Under the pieces are notes generated by a model that was not told where the DNA came from, searched no databases, and saw only the letters and a list, made by a program, of their open reading frames with translations. A program made the position numbers and the translations under genes. Source: a virus (lineage: Duplodnaviria; Caudoviricetes). From it: DNA of 64,000 bases. Shown here in pieces: positions 9,255 through 19,524 of this stretch. How positions within the stretch are numbered: the first letter of the stretch is position 1; every line of letters starts with the position of its first letter. The stretch lies in the IMG/VR virus record IMGVR_UViG_3300027963_003275, positions 1-64,000 of that record; one strand, given 5' to 3'.

Positions 9255-10292
9255 ATGGCACTTTGGGGTATTTCAACATCTTCGGAAACTGCGGCAAACA
9301 ATTACGCTATTCCGAAATTTCAAAATGAACTGGATCGCAACACGAGCCCTTGGAATACTTTCGCAGATGTTCGTGGTTGGATTCAAAGAAGATATAAGAC
9401 TAGAGAAAATTCTGGAATTTCTACTCGTTATTTTGATGAGGTATTGGTTACAGTTCCTGATTTAAACTCTACTAATACTGGTATTAGTAGCCAATTTGCT
9501 GGTATTGGAACTGCTGGTCCAGTTGCAGTGTTCTTTGAAGATCCAAATTTAGCATCACCAATTTCTGTTGGTGGTGGAGCAACTACTGGTATTGCTACAA
9601 ATACTACTGGTTATGTTCATGTTGTTTTTAATGAACTTGTTTTCGCAAGTGCTGGAGCAACTGTTAGTATTCGTGCCTTTGATGCAAACGGTGTATCTGG
9701 AATTGAGACAACGAGAATTGTTGCAACGGCAGCATCAATAAGTCCAAATGCTACTCAATATGCTTGGGCTGGAACTGCTGCTACTCATGGTTCACCAGGG
9801 ATATTTACTGGGTATAACGGTCAAATTACAAACAGAGTAGCATTTGCATTTACATCTCCAAGTGTTGGTCTTACTACAAATGTTTCATTCTTGAGCACTA
9901 CTATTAATACTACAGTTGCTCTTGGTTCTACTGTAATTTATGTTGGTAGTTTGACTGGTGTTTCGGCAGGAAGTTCAATTACTGTGGGAACTGCAATCAC
10001 AACAAAACCTGTAGTTTCTGTTGGTGATACCTTTGTTACAATTGGAACCGCATCTACAGTTGGATCTGTGATTGGTATTGGAACTGCTGTTACATTTAGC
10101 ACAAGAACTGTTGCTACGAAATTGTTTATTGATGCAAGTAGAGGATTTATTGGTCTTATTACCGATGGTTCTAATGGTGTTGGTGTAATTAGTTCTTTCT
10201 CACAACAATTTGTAAACATTATTCGCAACGTTGCTGGTGCCGGAACAACTTCTGGTGTTGGTCTTGGAACTACTACATTAACGGTTAGCTAA
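9255..10292 (+). CDS. Probable virion structural protein
   Basis: MALWG start, Thr/Gly/Ser-rich beta composition, late promoter. Confidence 0.6.
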   Translation: MALWGISTSSETAANNYAIPKFQNELDRNTSPWNTFADVRGWIQRRYKTRENSGISTRYFDEVLVTVPDLNSTNTGISSQFAGIGTAGPVAVFFEDPNLASPISVGGGATTGIATNTTGYVHVVFNELVFASAGATVSIRAFDANGVSGIETTRIVATAASISPNATQYAWAGTAATHGSPGIFTGYNGQITNRVAFAFTSPSVGLTTNVSFLSTTINTTVALGSTVIYVGSLTGVSAGSSITVGTAITTKPVVSVGDTFVTIGTASTVGSVIGIGTAVTFSTRTVATKLFIDASRGFIGLITDGSNGVGVISSFSQQFVNIIRNVAGAGTTSGVGLGTTTLTVS

Positions 10293-10300
10293 AATATAAT

Positions 10301-10672
10301 ATGAGATTTGATGAGTTGAATGAAGATAATTATTTGATGTTTGCTATTAAACATTATGATAATCCACAGGCTGCAACCAAAGATGATTTTTATGAGGACC
10401 TAAAAAGATTCAAGTGGATAAAAAGATTATTGAAAAGACATAAAACAACGGGTGAGCTAAACGCTCACCTTTTGATTAATCATTTTATTATTCTTTATAA
10501 TGTTTTTGGTGATGCAGCAACACCTTTATTGTTTTATAAAATAGATGGTGAATTTTGGAGTATTGTAAAAACTTTTGTAGTTTATCTTGGAAGATTGCCG
10601 GAAGTTCCAAAAACCAAAATTCATAATATTCCAATTGATATAGAATGTTTAGAACAACTTAATTTAATCTAA
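10301..10672 (+). CDS. Conserved T4-like phage hypothetical protein
   Basis: FAIKHYDNPQ...EDLKRFK...LLINH.IILYNVFG, usually found upstream of the primase. Confidence 0.8.
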   Translation: MRFDELNEDNYLMFAIKHYDNPQAATKDDFYEDLKRFKWIKRLLKRHKTTGELNAHLLINHFIILYNVFGDAATPLLFYKIDGEFWSIVKTFVVYLGRLPEVPKTKIHNIPIDIECLEQLNLI

Positions 10673-10896
10673 TGAAAGAATCTACCCTAGACAGAATTAT
10701 TTCAATTGTAAGGCATTATATTGTTGAAGATGGAATGTCAGTATCTGCTGCTCCTACGAATTCCACAAATCCACCAGGTCAAATAAATATAGCGGGTCTT
10801 CCACCAGATAATCCCCCAGTAAGAAAGAAGAATAAATACATATATGGAGCGGGATTCCGCAAAAATTGGTTACAACGAAGAAACCCACAACCATAA
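10672..10896 (+). CDS. Hypothetical protein
   Basis: Coupled ORF; APTN...IAGLPPD.PPV motif. Confidence 0.7.
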   Translation: MKESTLDRIISIVRHYIVEDGMSVSAAPTNSTNPPGQINIAGLPPDNPPVRKKNKYIYGAGFRKNWLQRRNPQP

Positions 10897-10904
10897 TCAA
10901 TCCA

Positions 10905-11297
10905 ATGTATAGTCCCCCTCAAACAATAGAAACAAAGGTTGCAATCCTTGAGGAGAAAATCCATACAAGTGAGCAATTGATGCAACGTATTGAGAGTGCG
11001 ATTGAAAAGATAAGTGAAGTAAATGCAAATGTAACTAAAATGCTTATAGTTCATGAAGAAAAGATTAATAATGGGGAAAAGATGGAAGATGTACTCTTTT
11101 CTAAGATAGATCAGTTAAAGGATAAAATGGATAAAGACCATACTGCGGTATTGGCAAAGTTGCAAGGATTAGAAAAGAAAGTTTGGATAGGTATTGGAAT
11201 AGTATTTTGCTTATCATTTGTAGTTAGAAACGCAGATTTCTTTGGAAAAATCTTGACACCAGCACAAGACAACGGTAGAATAGAGAGACTGAAATAG
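10905..11297 (+). CDS. Coiled-coil protein with C-terminal TM helix
   Basis: Heptad region then VWIGIGIVFCLSFVV. Confidence 0.7.
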   Translation: MYSPPQTIETKVAILEEKIHTSEQLMQRIESAIEKISEVNANVTKMLIVHEEKINNGEKMEDVLFSKIDQLKDKMDKDHTAVLAKLQGLEKKVWIGIGIVFCLSFVVRNADFFGKILTPAQDNGRIERLK

Positions 11298-11309
11298 TAT
11301 TCTTTTGCA

Positions 11310-12311
11310 ATGAGTTTTGTTGATTCCAAATACATCGGGTTGGTTTCTTCCCGACTGGATAAGTTTGCTAAGAAGAAAGAAGGTCTTTATAACTTTCGGT
11401 GTCCTTACTGTGGTGATAGTCAAAGGACAAAAAGTAAAACGAGAGGATATATTTACCAATTAAAGAATGATCACAATTTTAAATGTCATAATTGTGGGAC
11501 TTCTAGAACATTTACGAACTTTTTGAAAGATATGGATACTGTTCTTTACGACCAGTATGTAATGGAGAGATATAAAGAGGGAACTACTGGAAAAAGGTCT
11601 CAAACAAAGAACCCAGAGTTTAATTTTGAGAAACCAAACTTTTCAAAAAAGGCATTTGACCTGCCTACTATCGCAGAACTAAATAAAGAACACTCCGCAA
11701 GAAAATACCTAGAAGATAGAAAGATACCCAACAACTATCTGCGTGAATTGTATTTCTGTGAGAAGTTTAAAGAATGGACGAATACTCAAAAACACACCTT
11801 TGATAAAGTAGAAAAGGACGAACCACGAATCATTATTCCTTTAATCAATAAAGGAGAAATATTTGGATTTCAAGGTCGTAGTTTAAATAAAAATTCAAAG
11901 GTAAAATACATTACAATTATTCTTGATGATGTACCTCCAAAAATTTACAATTTGGATAAACCAGATTACGATAAAACTGTTTATGTTGTTGAAGGACCAT
12001 TTGATAGTATGTTTTTAGATAATTCAATTGCTATGGTTGGTGCAGACATTGACAAAATGTTTTTTGTTTCTAACTTTGGAACAGATTTTGTAATGGTATA
12101 TGATAATGAAAAACGGAATAAACAAATTGTTGATAGAATGGAAAAAGCAATACAAATGCGATTTCCAATTGTCATTTGGCCAAATGACTTGAAAGAAAAG
12201 GATATTAATGATATGATCCTATCAGGAATTGATGCTCCAAAAATCATCAAGGAAAATACTTATATGGGACTAGAAGCAAAAGCAAAACTTATTGGATGGA
12301 AACGAGTATGA
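11310..12311 (+). CDS. gp61: DNA primase
   Basis: Zn finger CPYCGDS...CHNC; TOPRIM VEGPFDS, YDNE, KDIND. Confidence 0.96.
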   Translation: MSFVDSKYIGLVSSRLDKFAKKKEGLYNFRCPYCGDSQRTKSKTRGYIYQLKNDHNFKCHNCGTSRTFTNFLKDMDTVLYDQYVMERYKEGTTGKRSQTKNPEFNFEKPNFSKKAFDLPTIAELNKEHSARKYLEDRKIPNNYLRELYFCEKFKEWTNTQKHTFDKVEKDEPRIIIPLINKGEIFGFQGRSLNKNSKVKYITIILDDVPPKIYNLDKPDYDKTVYVVEGPFDSMFLDNSIAMVGADIDKMFFVSNFGTDFVMVYDNEKRNKQIVDRMEKAIQMRFPIVIWPNDLKEKDINDMILSGIDAPKIIKENTYMGLEAKAKLIGWKRV

Positions 12312-14605
12312 GCAACGGCACAAAAGTAGTTAAGAGAAGTGGTGATAATGAACCTCTTGATCTAAATAAACTTCACTTGATGGTTGAGGAGGCATGTAGA
12401 GACCTCTCTGGTGTTTCTGCATCACAGGTAGAGATGCAATCTGGTATTCAATTTTATGATGGAATCACCACAGCAGAAATTCAGGAGATTTTAATTCGTT
12501 CTGCTTCTGATTTAATTGATTTGGATAATCCAAATTATCAGTTTGTTGCAGCAAGACTACTTCTGTTTTCTGTAAGAAAATCTTTGTACGGAAGAGTTCA
12601 AGATCATCCTGATTTTGTCGAACACATTAATAGTTGTGTAGATGTTGGAGTTTATGATCCAGAAATTTTGACCAATTATACGAAAGAAGAACTTGATAGA
12701 CTTGGTAGTTATATCAAGCATAGTAGAGATTATCTTTTCACCTATGCTGGTCTTCGTCAAGTAGTTGATAAGTATTTGGTTCAAGATCGCAGTAGTGGTC
12801 AAGTATATGAAACTCCACAGTTCATGTATATGATGATTGCTGCTACTATTTTTGCTAGATATCCAAAAGAAACACGTCTCTCATATGTGAAGAGGTATTA
12901 TGACGCAATCTCAAAACACAAAATCAACATCCCAACTCCCATTATGGCAGGAGTTAGAACACCTCTCAGGCAGTTTGCTAGTTGTGTTCTTGTTGATGTT
13001 GATGACACCTTGGATAGCATCTTCAGTAGTGATATGGCTATTGGGAGGTATGTTGCTCAAAGGGCAGGCATCGGCATCAACGCAGGTCGCATCCGTGGCA
13101 TCAACGCTAAAATCAGAGGTGGAGAGGTACAACACACAGGTGTGGTCCCCTTCCTTAAAAAGTTTGAAGCAACTGTGCGATGTTGCACACAAAACGGCAT
13201 CAGAGGTGGTTCTGCTACAGTCCACTTTCCTATCTGGCATCAAGAAATCGAAGACATTCTAGTCTTAAAAAACAACAAGGGTACGGAGGATAATCGTGTT
13301 CGTAAGTTAGATTACAGTATCCAAATCTCTAAACTGTTCTATGGACGATTTATTAAAAACGAAGAAATCTCACTTTTCTCTCCACACGCAGTTCCTGGTC
13401 TTTATGCTGCTTTTGGGACTGATCGATTTGACGATCTTTATGTTGCTGCAGAACGAAATGAATCTATTCCTAGAAAGACTATCGGAGCTCAAGAACTCTT
13501 TTTGGACCTTCTAAAAGAAAGAGCAGAAACTGGTCGTATTTACATTATGAATATTGACCACTGCAACTCACACTCTTCTTTCTTGGATAAGGTGGAAATG
13601 AGTAATTTGTGCCAGGAGATAACACTTCCTACAGTTCCACTTCAACATATTGATGACCCTAATGGTGAGATTGCACTTTGCATTCTTTCTGCTATTAATG
13701 TCGGTAAAGTAAAATCAGATGAAGAGTTTGAGGATCTTTGCAATCTTTCTGTTCGTGGTTTGGAAGAATTGATTGACTATCAAAACTATCCTGTAGTTGC
13801 TGCAGAGATTGGAACTAAAGCACGTAGGTCTTTAGGTGTTGGTTACATTGGTTTAGCACATTATCTTGCCAAACTTGGGTTTAATTATGATACTCAAGAA
13901 TCTTGGGATGCAGTTCATCAATTGTCTGAATCATTCCAATATTTCCTTCTTAAAGCATCAAATGAAGTTGCTAAAGAAAAGGGTGCTTGTGAATATTTCA
14001 ATCGTACTAAATATTCACAAGGTATTCTTCCTATTGATACTTACAAGAAAGATGTAGATGAAGTGTCTTCTGTTCCTCTTCAGCACGATTGGGAAGCACT
14101 AAGACAGTCAATTAAAGAGTTTGGATTGAGACACTCTACTCTTACAGCACAAATGCCATCAGAATCAAGTTCTGTAGTTTCAAATGCAACTAATGGAATT
14201 GAACCTCCTCGTGGATTCTTATCAATTAAGAAATCTAAAAAAGGACCTCTCAAACAGATTGTTCCACAGTATCAACATCTTAAAAACAACTATACGTTGC
14301 TTTGGGATATGCCTAGCAATCGTGGGTATATTAATATTGTTGCAGTTATGCAGAAGTTCTTTGATCAAGCAATTTCTGGAAACTGGTCGTATAATCCAGA
14401 GAATTATGCCAATAATGAAGTTCCTGTTAGCGTAATGGCACAAGATATGCTTACTTGTTTTAAACTGGGACATAAGACGGCATATTATCAAAATACATAT
14501 GACAATAAGACTGATGAAGTTAAGGAAGATAAAGTAAGTATTGATGATTTAGTTAAAGAACTTTTAGAAGGTGGAGAAGAAGATTGTGAATCCTGTAAAA
14601 TTTAG
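12308..14605 (+). CDS. nrdA: Class Ia ribonucleotide reductase alpha subunit
   Basis: ATP cone, PTPIMAG, SCVL, SNLCQEI, C-terminal CESC. Confidence 0.97.
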   Translation: MSNGTKVVKRSGDNEPLDLNKLHLMVEEACRDLSGVSASQVEMQSGIQFYDGITTAEIQEILIRSASDLIDLDNPNYQFVAARLLLFSVRKSLYGRVQDHPDFVEHINSCVDVGVYDPEILTNYTKEELDRLGSYIKHSRDYLFTYAGLRQVVDKYLVQDRSSGQVYETPQFMYMMIAATIFARYPKETRLSYVKRYYDAISKHKINIPTPIMAGVRTPLRQFASCVLVDVDDTLDSIFSSDMAIGRYVAQRAGIGINAGRIRGINAKIRGGEVQHTGVVPFLKKFEATVRCCTQNGIRGGSATVHFPIWHQEIEDILVLKNNKGTEDNRVRKLDYSIQISKLFYGRFIKNEEISLFSPHAVPGLYAAFGTDRFDDLYVAAERNESIPRKTIGAQELFLDLLKERAETGRIYIMNIDHCNSHSSFLDKVEMSNLCQEITLPTVPLQHIDDPNGEIALCILSAINVGKVKSDEEFEDLCNLSVRGLEELIDYQNYPVVAAEIGTKARRSLGVGYIGLAHYLAKLGFNYDTQESWDAVHQLSESFQYFLLKASNEVAKEKGACEYFNRTKYSQGILPIDTYKKDVDEVSSVPLQHDWEALRQSIKEFGLRHSTLTAQMPSESSSVVSNATNGIEPPRGFLSIKKSKKGPLKQIVPQYQHLKNNYTLLWDMPSNRGYINIVAVMQKFFDQAISGNWSYNPENYANNEVPVSVMAQDMLTCFKLGHKTAYYQNTYDNKTDEVKEDKVSIDDLVKELLEGGEEDCESCKI

Positions 14606-15770
14606 AGTTAATACAGAGAAAGAAAAAATGATCGAAGGAATGACCGTATTTAATACTCAAGAGATAGATGCCAAAAAGCAACCTATGTTTTTTGGTGCTC
14701 CTCTTGGAGTTCAAAGATATGATTCATATAAGTATCCTGTCTTTGATAAACTGACTCAACAGCAGTTGGGATATTTCTGGAGACCAGAAGAAGTTTCTTT
14801 ACAGAAAGATCGTGCAGATTATCAAACTCTTCGACCAGAACAAAAGCACATCTTCACTTCTAATTTGAAGTATCAAATTCTTTTGGATTCAGTTCAGGGT
14901 CGTGGACCTGGAATGGCTTTTACACCTTATTGTTCTCTTCCAGAATTGGAAGCGTGTATGAAGGTTTGGGAATTTATGGAAATGATTCATAGTCGTTCCT
15001 ATACATACATTATTAAGAATGTTTACTCTGATCCCACAGAAGTCTTTGATTCTATTTTGAGTAATGAAAAAATTCTTGAACGGGCATCATCAGTAACTGG
15101 TGCTTATGATGACTTTATTAATTCCGCACAACATTATGGAAACTCAAATCTTTGGGTTCATGCACAAGAAGGTGCTGGAACTGCAAAGGATGAAAGATAT
15201 GAACTCAAAAGAAAACTCTATCGTGCAGTAGCAAATGTCAATATTCTCGAAGGTATCAGATTCTATGTCTCTTTCGCTTGCTCGTTTGCGTTTGGTGAAC
15301 TCAAACTTATGGAAGGATCCGCTAAAATTATCTCTCTCATCGCAAGAGACGAAAATCAGCACCTTGTTATTACTCAAAACATCCTCAATAAATGGCGTGA
15401 AGGAGATGATCCAGAAATGCAACAAATTGCTAAGGAAGAAGAGGAATGGGTAAAAGGTGCCTTTGAGAATTGTGTGAATGAGGAAAAGAGGTGGGCAGAA
15501 TATTTGTTTAAGGATGGTTCAATGATTGGATTGAACGATAAACTTCTTTGGAGTTATGTTGAATGGATTGCGAATCGTCGTATGAAGTCTATTGGTATTA
15601 AACCAATTTATGATATTGCTGCTAAAAACAATCCACTTCCTTGGACGGAGCATTGGATTAGTTCCAAAGGACTTCAAGTAGCACCACAAGAAACGGAAGT
15701 TGAGAGTTATGTGGTTGGTGGGATTAAACAAGATGTAGAAAAAGATACATTTGCTGGATTTCAACTATGA
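14586..15770 (+). CDS. nrdB: Ribonucleotide reductase beta subunit (start uncertain)
   Basis: FWRPEEV, EMIHSRSY, EGIRFYVSF, RDENQH, APQETE. Confidence 0.96.
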   Translation: MNPVKFRVNTEKEKMIEGMTVFNTQEIDAKKQPMFFGAPLGVQRYDSYKYPVFDKLTQQQLGYFWRPEEVSLQKDRADYQTLRPEQKHIFTSNLKYQILLDSVQGRGPGMAFTPYCSLPELEACMKVWEFMEMIHSRSYTYIIKNVYSDPTEVFDSILSNEKILERASSVTGAYDDFINSAQHYGNSNLWVHAQEGAGTAKDERYELKRKLYRAVANVNILEGIRFYVSFACSFAFGELKLMEGSAKIISLIARDENQHLVITQNILNKWREGDDPEMQQIAKEEEEWVKGAFENCVNEEKRWAEYLFKDGSMIGLNDKLLWSYVEWIANRRMKSIGIKPIYDIAAKNNPLPWTEHWISSKGLQVAPQETEVESYVVGGIKQDVEKDTFAGFQL

Positions 15771-15773
15771 TGT

Positions 15774-15800
15774 GAGGGGGTTTCGACCCCTCTTTTTTTT
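15774..15800 (+). terminator. Rho-independent terminator followed by late promoter TATAAATA (15800-15807)
   Basis: GAGGGGGT-TTCG-ACCCCTC then T8. Confidence 0.85.
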
Positions 15801-15830
15801 ATAAATAAAAAGAAGGTATTGCTTACTCAT

Positions 15831-17441
15831 ATGTCTGGAACTTTTAAGTTTAAAAGAATTTATAGTGAAGGTGTTGCAGCAGAGCATCCAGATGTTGCGG
15901 GACAACCAGAATTTGCGAATAAGGCAGATGCTGAAATTACTCGTAGAAGAAAAGAAAGAGCAAAGAAAGCAGGACCACAACTTCCTGGATTTTTAAAGAA
16001 AGAAGAAGTAGAACTTGGTGAAGCACATTGGGACCCCGTAACTAAAACAGTTGGTGATAAGAAGAGAACTGGAACTGACTCAGAACTTCAAAAAATGGCT
16101 GCGAAAGCAGCAGCATCTGGACCTAAGAAAAGAAAACCACTTGGTTCAGTTCGTAAGAATAGTGCGACCTTCACGCCATCTTCACCAGAGCAAGCAAAGG
16201 CAGATAAGAAGAGTTGGGATACTTATTGGGAAGGTTCTTGGAAGCACAAGAGACAGAATGAATCAATTGATGTAGGTGCTGATGCTGGTGCGACAATCAG
16301 TGATTTCTTTCATTCAAAGAGCAAAACTTTTAAGGATGATAGTAAGAAGCAAAGAATTAAGAGAGCACTTGGTGCTTATTATGCGGCACAAAAAGAAGAA
16401 ACAGAAAACATTTATGATTATGTAATTGAAACTTTGGTTGATAGTGAATTCGCAGAAGATTATGAGACTGCGGAAAATATATTTGAACATATGAGTAGTG
16501 AATTTCTGGCAGTTATCCTTGAAGAGTATATTGAAGAAGCAAGACGTTCAAGAACTGAAAGAAGAGCAGCAAATGCTGGAAGAAAGGGATATGATGCTAA
16601 AGGAAATCCAATTCCCAGAGTAAGTACAACACACGTTATACACGATGTGGATGATAATGTCGCAGACCAAAGACATCCAGATGCTGCTAAAATTGATTTA
16701 TACAAAAAGAACTCAAGTTCTTATAAACACGTTAAAGCAATGACCCCCAGTGAATTTGCCCATACCCCACTTGAACTCAAACATGAATATGGATTTAATG
16801 AATTTAGAAGTTCTAAAAAGTTTAAAGATACTACTAAAAAAACAAAAGTAGCTGGAATGGGAGATAGTCCAAGAAGACCCGCAAAAAAATCTGTTGTTAC
16901 TGCTCGTGGAGGATCTCCATTTGGAAGCAATAAACCTAGCACTCCTATGGATGACCCAGGATCATTTGTGAGAGATTTGAGAGATAGAATTGGGGTGAGA
17001 GGTTTAAAAAGAGCAGATGTTCATTTTACTGGTGGAATGAATAAAGGATCAAACAGAGGTCTTTCTGGTCCTGAAAAAAAGGGTAAATTAGTTTCAAAAA
17101 TTGTAGACCCAAGTGATAAAAAACTAATTACAACTGATGATCACCTTGGTAATACAAGAGCTATGGCTGCTGCCGCAAGTGCTGCTGCTCCACAGGCTAA
17201 AGTTATAGCATATCAATCAAGACCTTCTACAAGAAAACCAAAAGGAAAAGGAAAAGTTGGAGATATAGTTCCAAAAAGAGTTGGTAAGGAAAATAAACCA
17301 GGAGATACTAATATAGGAATAAGAGCAAACACAAATCCATCAAAATCAACTAAAGAAACACAAAGAAGAAGACAAAGAGCAAGAAGAGGTATGGGAGAAG
17401 AGATGAGTTCTTATGAGTACTGGAAACAGTTTATTGATTGA
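15831..17441 (+). CDS. Large modular probable head-internal protein containing a HAD-like domain
   Basis: Late promoter; E-delimited modules; HDVDD, VVTAR, TDDHLGN HAD-type motifs. Confidence 0.65.
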   Translation: MSGTFKFKRIYSEGVAAEHPDVAGQPEFANKADAEITRRRKERAKKAGPQLPGFLKKEEVELGEAHWDPVTKTVGDKKRTGTDSELQKMAAKAAASGPKKRKPLGSVRKNSATFTPSSPEQAKADKKSWDTYWEGSWKHKRQNESIDVGADAGATISDFFHSKSKTFKDDSKKQRIKRALGAYYAAQKEETENIYDYVIETLVDSEFAEDYETAENIFEHMSSEFLAVILEEYIEEARRSRTERRAANAGRKGYDAKGNPIPRVSTTHVIHDVDDNVADQRHPDAAKIDLYKKNSSSYKHVKAMTPSEFAHTPLELKHEYGFNEFRSSKKFKDTTKKTKVAGMGDSPRRPAKKSVVTARGGSPFGSNKPSTPMDDPGSFVRDLRDRIGVRGLKRADVHFTGGMNKGSNRGLSGPEKKGKLVSKIVDPSDKKLITTDDHLGNTRAMAAAASAAAPQAKVIAYQSRPSTRKPKGKGKVGDIVPKRVGKENKPGDTNIGIRANTNPSKSTKETQRRRQRARRGMGEEMSSYEYWKQFID

Positions 17442-17495
17442 TATTAAAAAACACTAAATAAATATAGAAAAGTACTTTTTACTGCTCCTAAGAAG

Positions 17496-19406
17496 ATGAA
17501 TAAAAAAGATTTAGACGCATTGAACGAGTTATATTTAAGTGTTTATGATGAAGAGCAGTTATTGAATGAAGGACCTTATAGTGCTGATAAAGTACAAATG
17601 GTTCAACAATTACAACAAGCTAGAGATGACTTTGCCTCAATGGGTGGGTATGCTGGATGGTCACGAGCACTTGCGGCTTCTGGTGACAGTGCTAGGGCAA
17701 AAAAATATATGCAAAAGTCTCAACAAATTGGTGATAAAAAAAGAGCAGAACAAACAGCTGCTTCTGCTAGACAACAAAGTCAAAGAACACAAAATAGAGC
17801 AGATGATATTGCTGCATACAGAAACGCATTTGGTACACCAACAGCAGCAGTACAAAAACCACCAGTACAAAAACCAAAACCTTTTGAATATAACAGCAAA
17901 AATCTAGGAGATAAACAAAATGCTGAGTTTAGGGCTGGTGGTGGTAACGCAGCTGTTGGTGACTCATATACCGCTGCAGATGTAGTTGCTCGTGGAAGGG
18001 CAGCACTAAAAGCAAAAGCAGAAACAGCATCTGGTGGTTCTGGTGGTTCTGGTGGTTCTAATAGACCAGCGGCACCAAAACCATCTTCACCAACTCCTGC
18101 TGCGTCGGCACCAAAACCATCTTCACCAACTCCTGCTGCGTCGGCACCAAAACCAGCAGGTTCTCCAATGGACCAATGGAGAGCAGCAAATTCAAAACTT
18201 GCTGCTGCGGCAGATGAAAAAGCAAGAATTCGTGGAACTCAACAGACTGATAATCCTTTAATGAAGGATATGAGGTCAAATCTTCCAATGAACTCTCCTT
18301 CAGTTCAGTCTCCAGCAGTTGCTAAACTTGGTGCAGGTAATCAAAGTTTAGTTAACAATCCAAACGCAATCAAAGCAGCACCTCCCAAACCAACAGAAGC
18401 ACCAAAACCAAAACCACAAATGAATTCATACGAATGGCCTTCTGCAAAAACAATTAGAGAAATTGCAGGTGCTTATGCTTCAATTTACGAAGCAAAGAAA
18501 AAAGTAGACCAAGACGAAGATGGTGATAATGATTTTGCGGATATAAGAATTGCGAGAATGATTGCTTCTGGTGTTCCCAAAGCAAAAGCAATTGCTATGG
18601 TGAAGAACAAATCTTATAATGAAGAAGTTGAACTTTGGGTAAATGAACTTATTGAAGAAGGTTATGACCTAAGTGGATATACTTGGGATGATATGTTTGA
18701 GATTTATGAAGCAACTGCGATGGCTAAGAGAGGTTATGATGAGACTGCAATTCGTAATACAATTGCTAATAAAACTGGTGATAGTGGTGCTGGTGCGTTT
18801 GCAGACAAAGCAACTGCATTAGCAGGTCGTGAAACTTATGGTGACAATAAAAAGAAAGAGGGTAGAGAAAATCTTGCAAGAAAGCAAAGAGGCGATTTCC
18901 GTAATACAACTTCTTCATCTCCTGGTCTTCGTGGATATGCTCACAAGTCCAATGACCCTGCAGTAAAAGCAAAGCAGGCAGCAAGAGGAGCACAAAGAAG
19001 TGCTCTAACCCCAAGAGAAAAAAAGCAACTCAATAGAGAGGCATATGAAGCATATGAGTTTGTAGCATCATATCTTTTAGAGAATAACTTTGCATCAACC
19101 GTTGATGACGCAAATGTGATTATCAACAATATGAGTGAGGGTTGGTTTGAAAGTATTATGGAAGAAAAGAAACCTCTTCCTGTTGCTAAAATGAAAAGAA
19201 AGGAAAGCAAGCTCCTTGATAATGAAGAGGGACAACTACAAGCACTAAGAACTGATTTTGGTTCTAAGGAAAGAAAGGCAAGAATAAAAGAACTTGAAAG
19301 GTTTGATAACATCAATGGTGTAAGAACAAGTGTTGCTAAGAGAGGTGGTAAGCAACAGCATTCAATGCCTGAAATTGGAAGATTTAAACCAAAAGATGAA
19401 GATTGA
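17496..19406 (+). CDS. Large modular probable head-internal protein with Pro/Ala-rich repeats
   Basis: CTAAATA upstream; modules LLNE, IYEA, LIEEGYDLS, YLLENNFA; DQDEDGDNDFAD EF-hand-like loop. Confidence 0.65.
   Translation: MNKKDLDALNELYLSVYDEEQLLNEGPYSADKVQMVQQLQQARDDFASMGGYAGWSRALAASGDSARAKKYMQKSQQIGDKKRAEQTAASARQQSQRTQNRADDIAAYRNAFGTPTAAVQKPPVQKPKPFEYNSKNLGDKQNAEFRAGGGNAAVGDSYTAADVVARGRAALKAKAETASGGSGGSGGSNRPAAPKPSSPTPAASAPKPSSPTPAASAPKPAGSPMDQWRAANSKLAAAADEKARIRGTQQTDNPLMKDMRSNLPMNSPSVQSPAVAKLGAGNQSLVNNPNAIKAAPPKPTEAPKPKPQMNSYEWPSAKTIREIAGAYASIYEAKKKVDQDEDGDNDFADIRIARMIASGVPKAKAIAMVKNKSYNEEVELWVNELIEEGYDLSGYTWDDMFEIYEATAMAKRGYDETAIRNTIANKTGDSGAGAFADKATALAGRETYGDNKKKEGRENLARKQRGDFRNTTSSSPGLRGYAHKSNDPAVKAKQAARGAQRSALTPREKKQLNREAYEAYEFVASYLLENNFASTVDDANVIINNMSEGWFESIMEEKKPLPVAKMKRKESKLLDNEEGQLQALRTDFGSKERKARIKELERFDNINGVRTSVAKRGGKQQHSMPEIGRFKPKDED
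18070..18155 (+). repeat. In-frame 36-bp tandem repeat (~2.4 copies; APKPSSPTPAAS)
   Basis: cggcaccaaaaccatcttcaccaactcctgctgcgt at 18070 and 18106, partial at 18142. Confidence 0.9.
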
Positions 19407-19425
19407 TACAATATTACAATTCATT

Positions 19426-19451
19426 AAAGCACCTTGACAGGTGCTTTTTTT
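19426..19451 (+). terminator. Rho-independent terminator
   Basis: AAAGCACCT-tgac-AGGTGCTTT then T-run. Confidence 0.85.
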
Positions 19452-19462
19452 ATGACTATAAT
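19434..19462 (+). promoter_or_regulatory. Perfect sigma70-type early promoter
   Basis: TTGACA (19434-39), 17 nt, TATAAT (19457-62). Confidence 0.85.
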
Positions 19463-19524
19463 CACTCTGTTAGGGTTGAAAGATAAGTTATATCTAAATA
19501 ACTTGAAGATTATTAAGGGCCCGA

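Noticed and set aside
12308-15770. Introns or inteins in nrdA/nrdB (also gp41, uvsX)
   Set aside because: Normal lengths, continuous motifs and no intein signatures
18030-18155. Short tandem repeats as a possible CRISPR array
   Set aside because: In-frame 9-bp and 36-bp coding repeats without spacers; no cas operon
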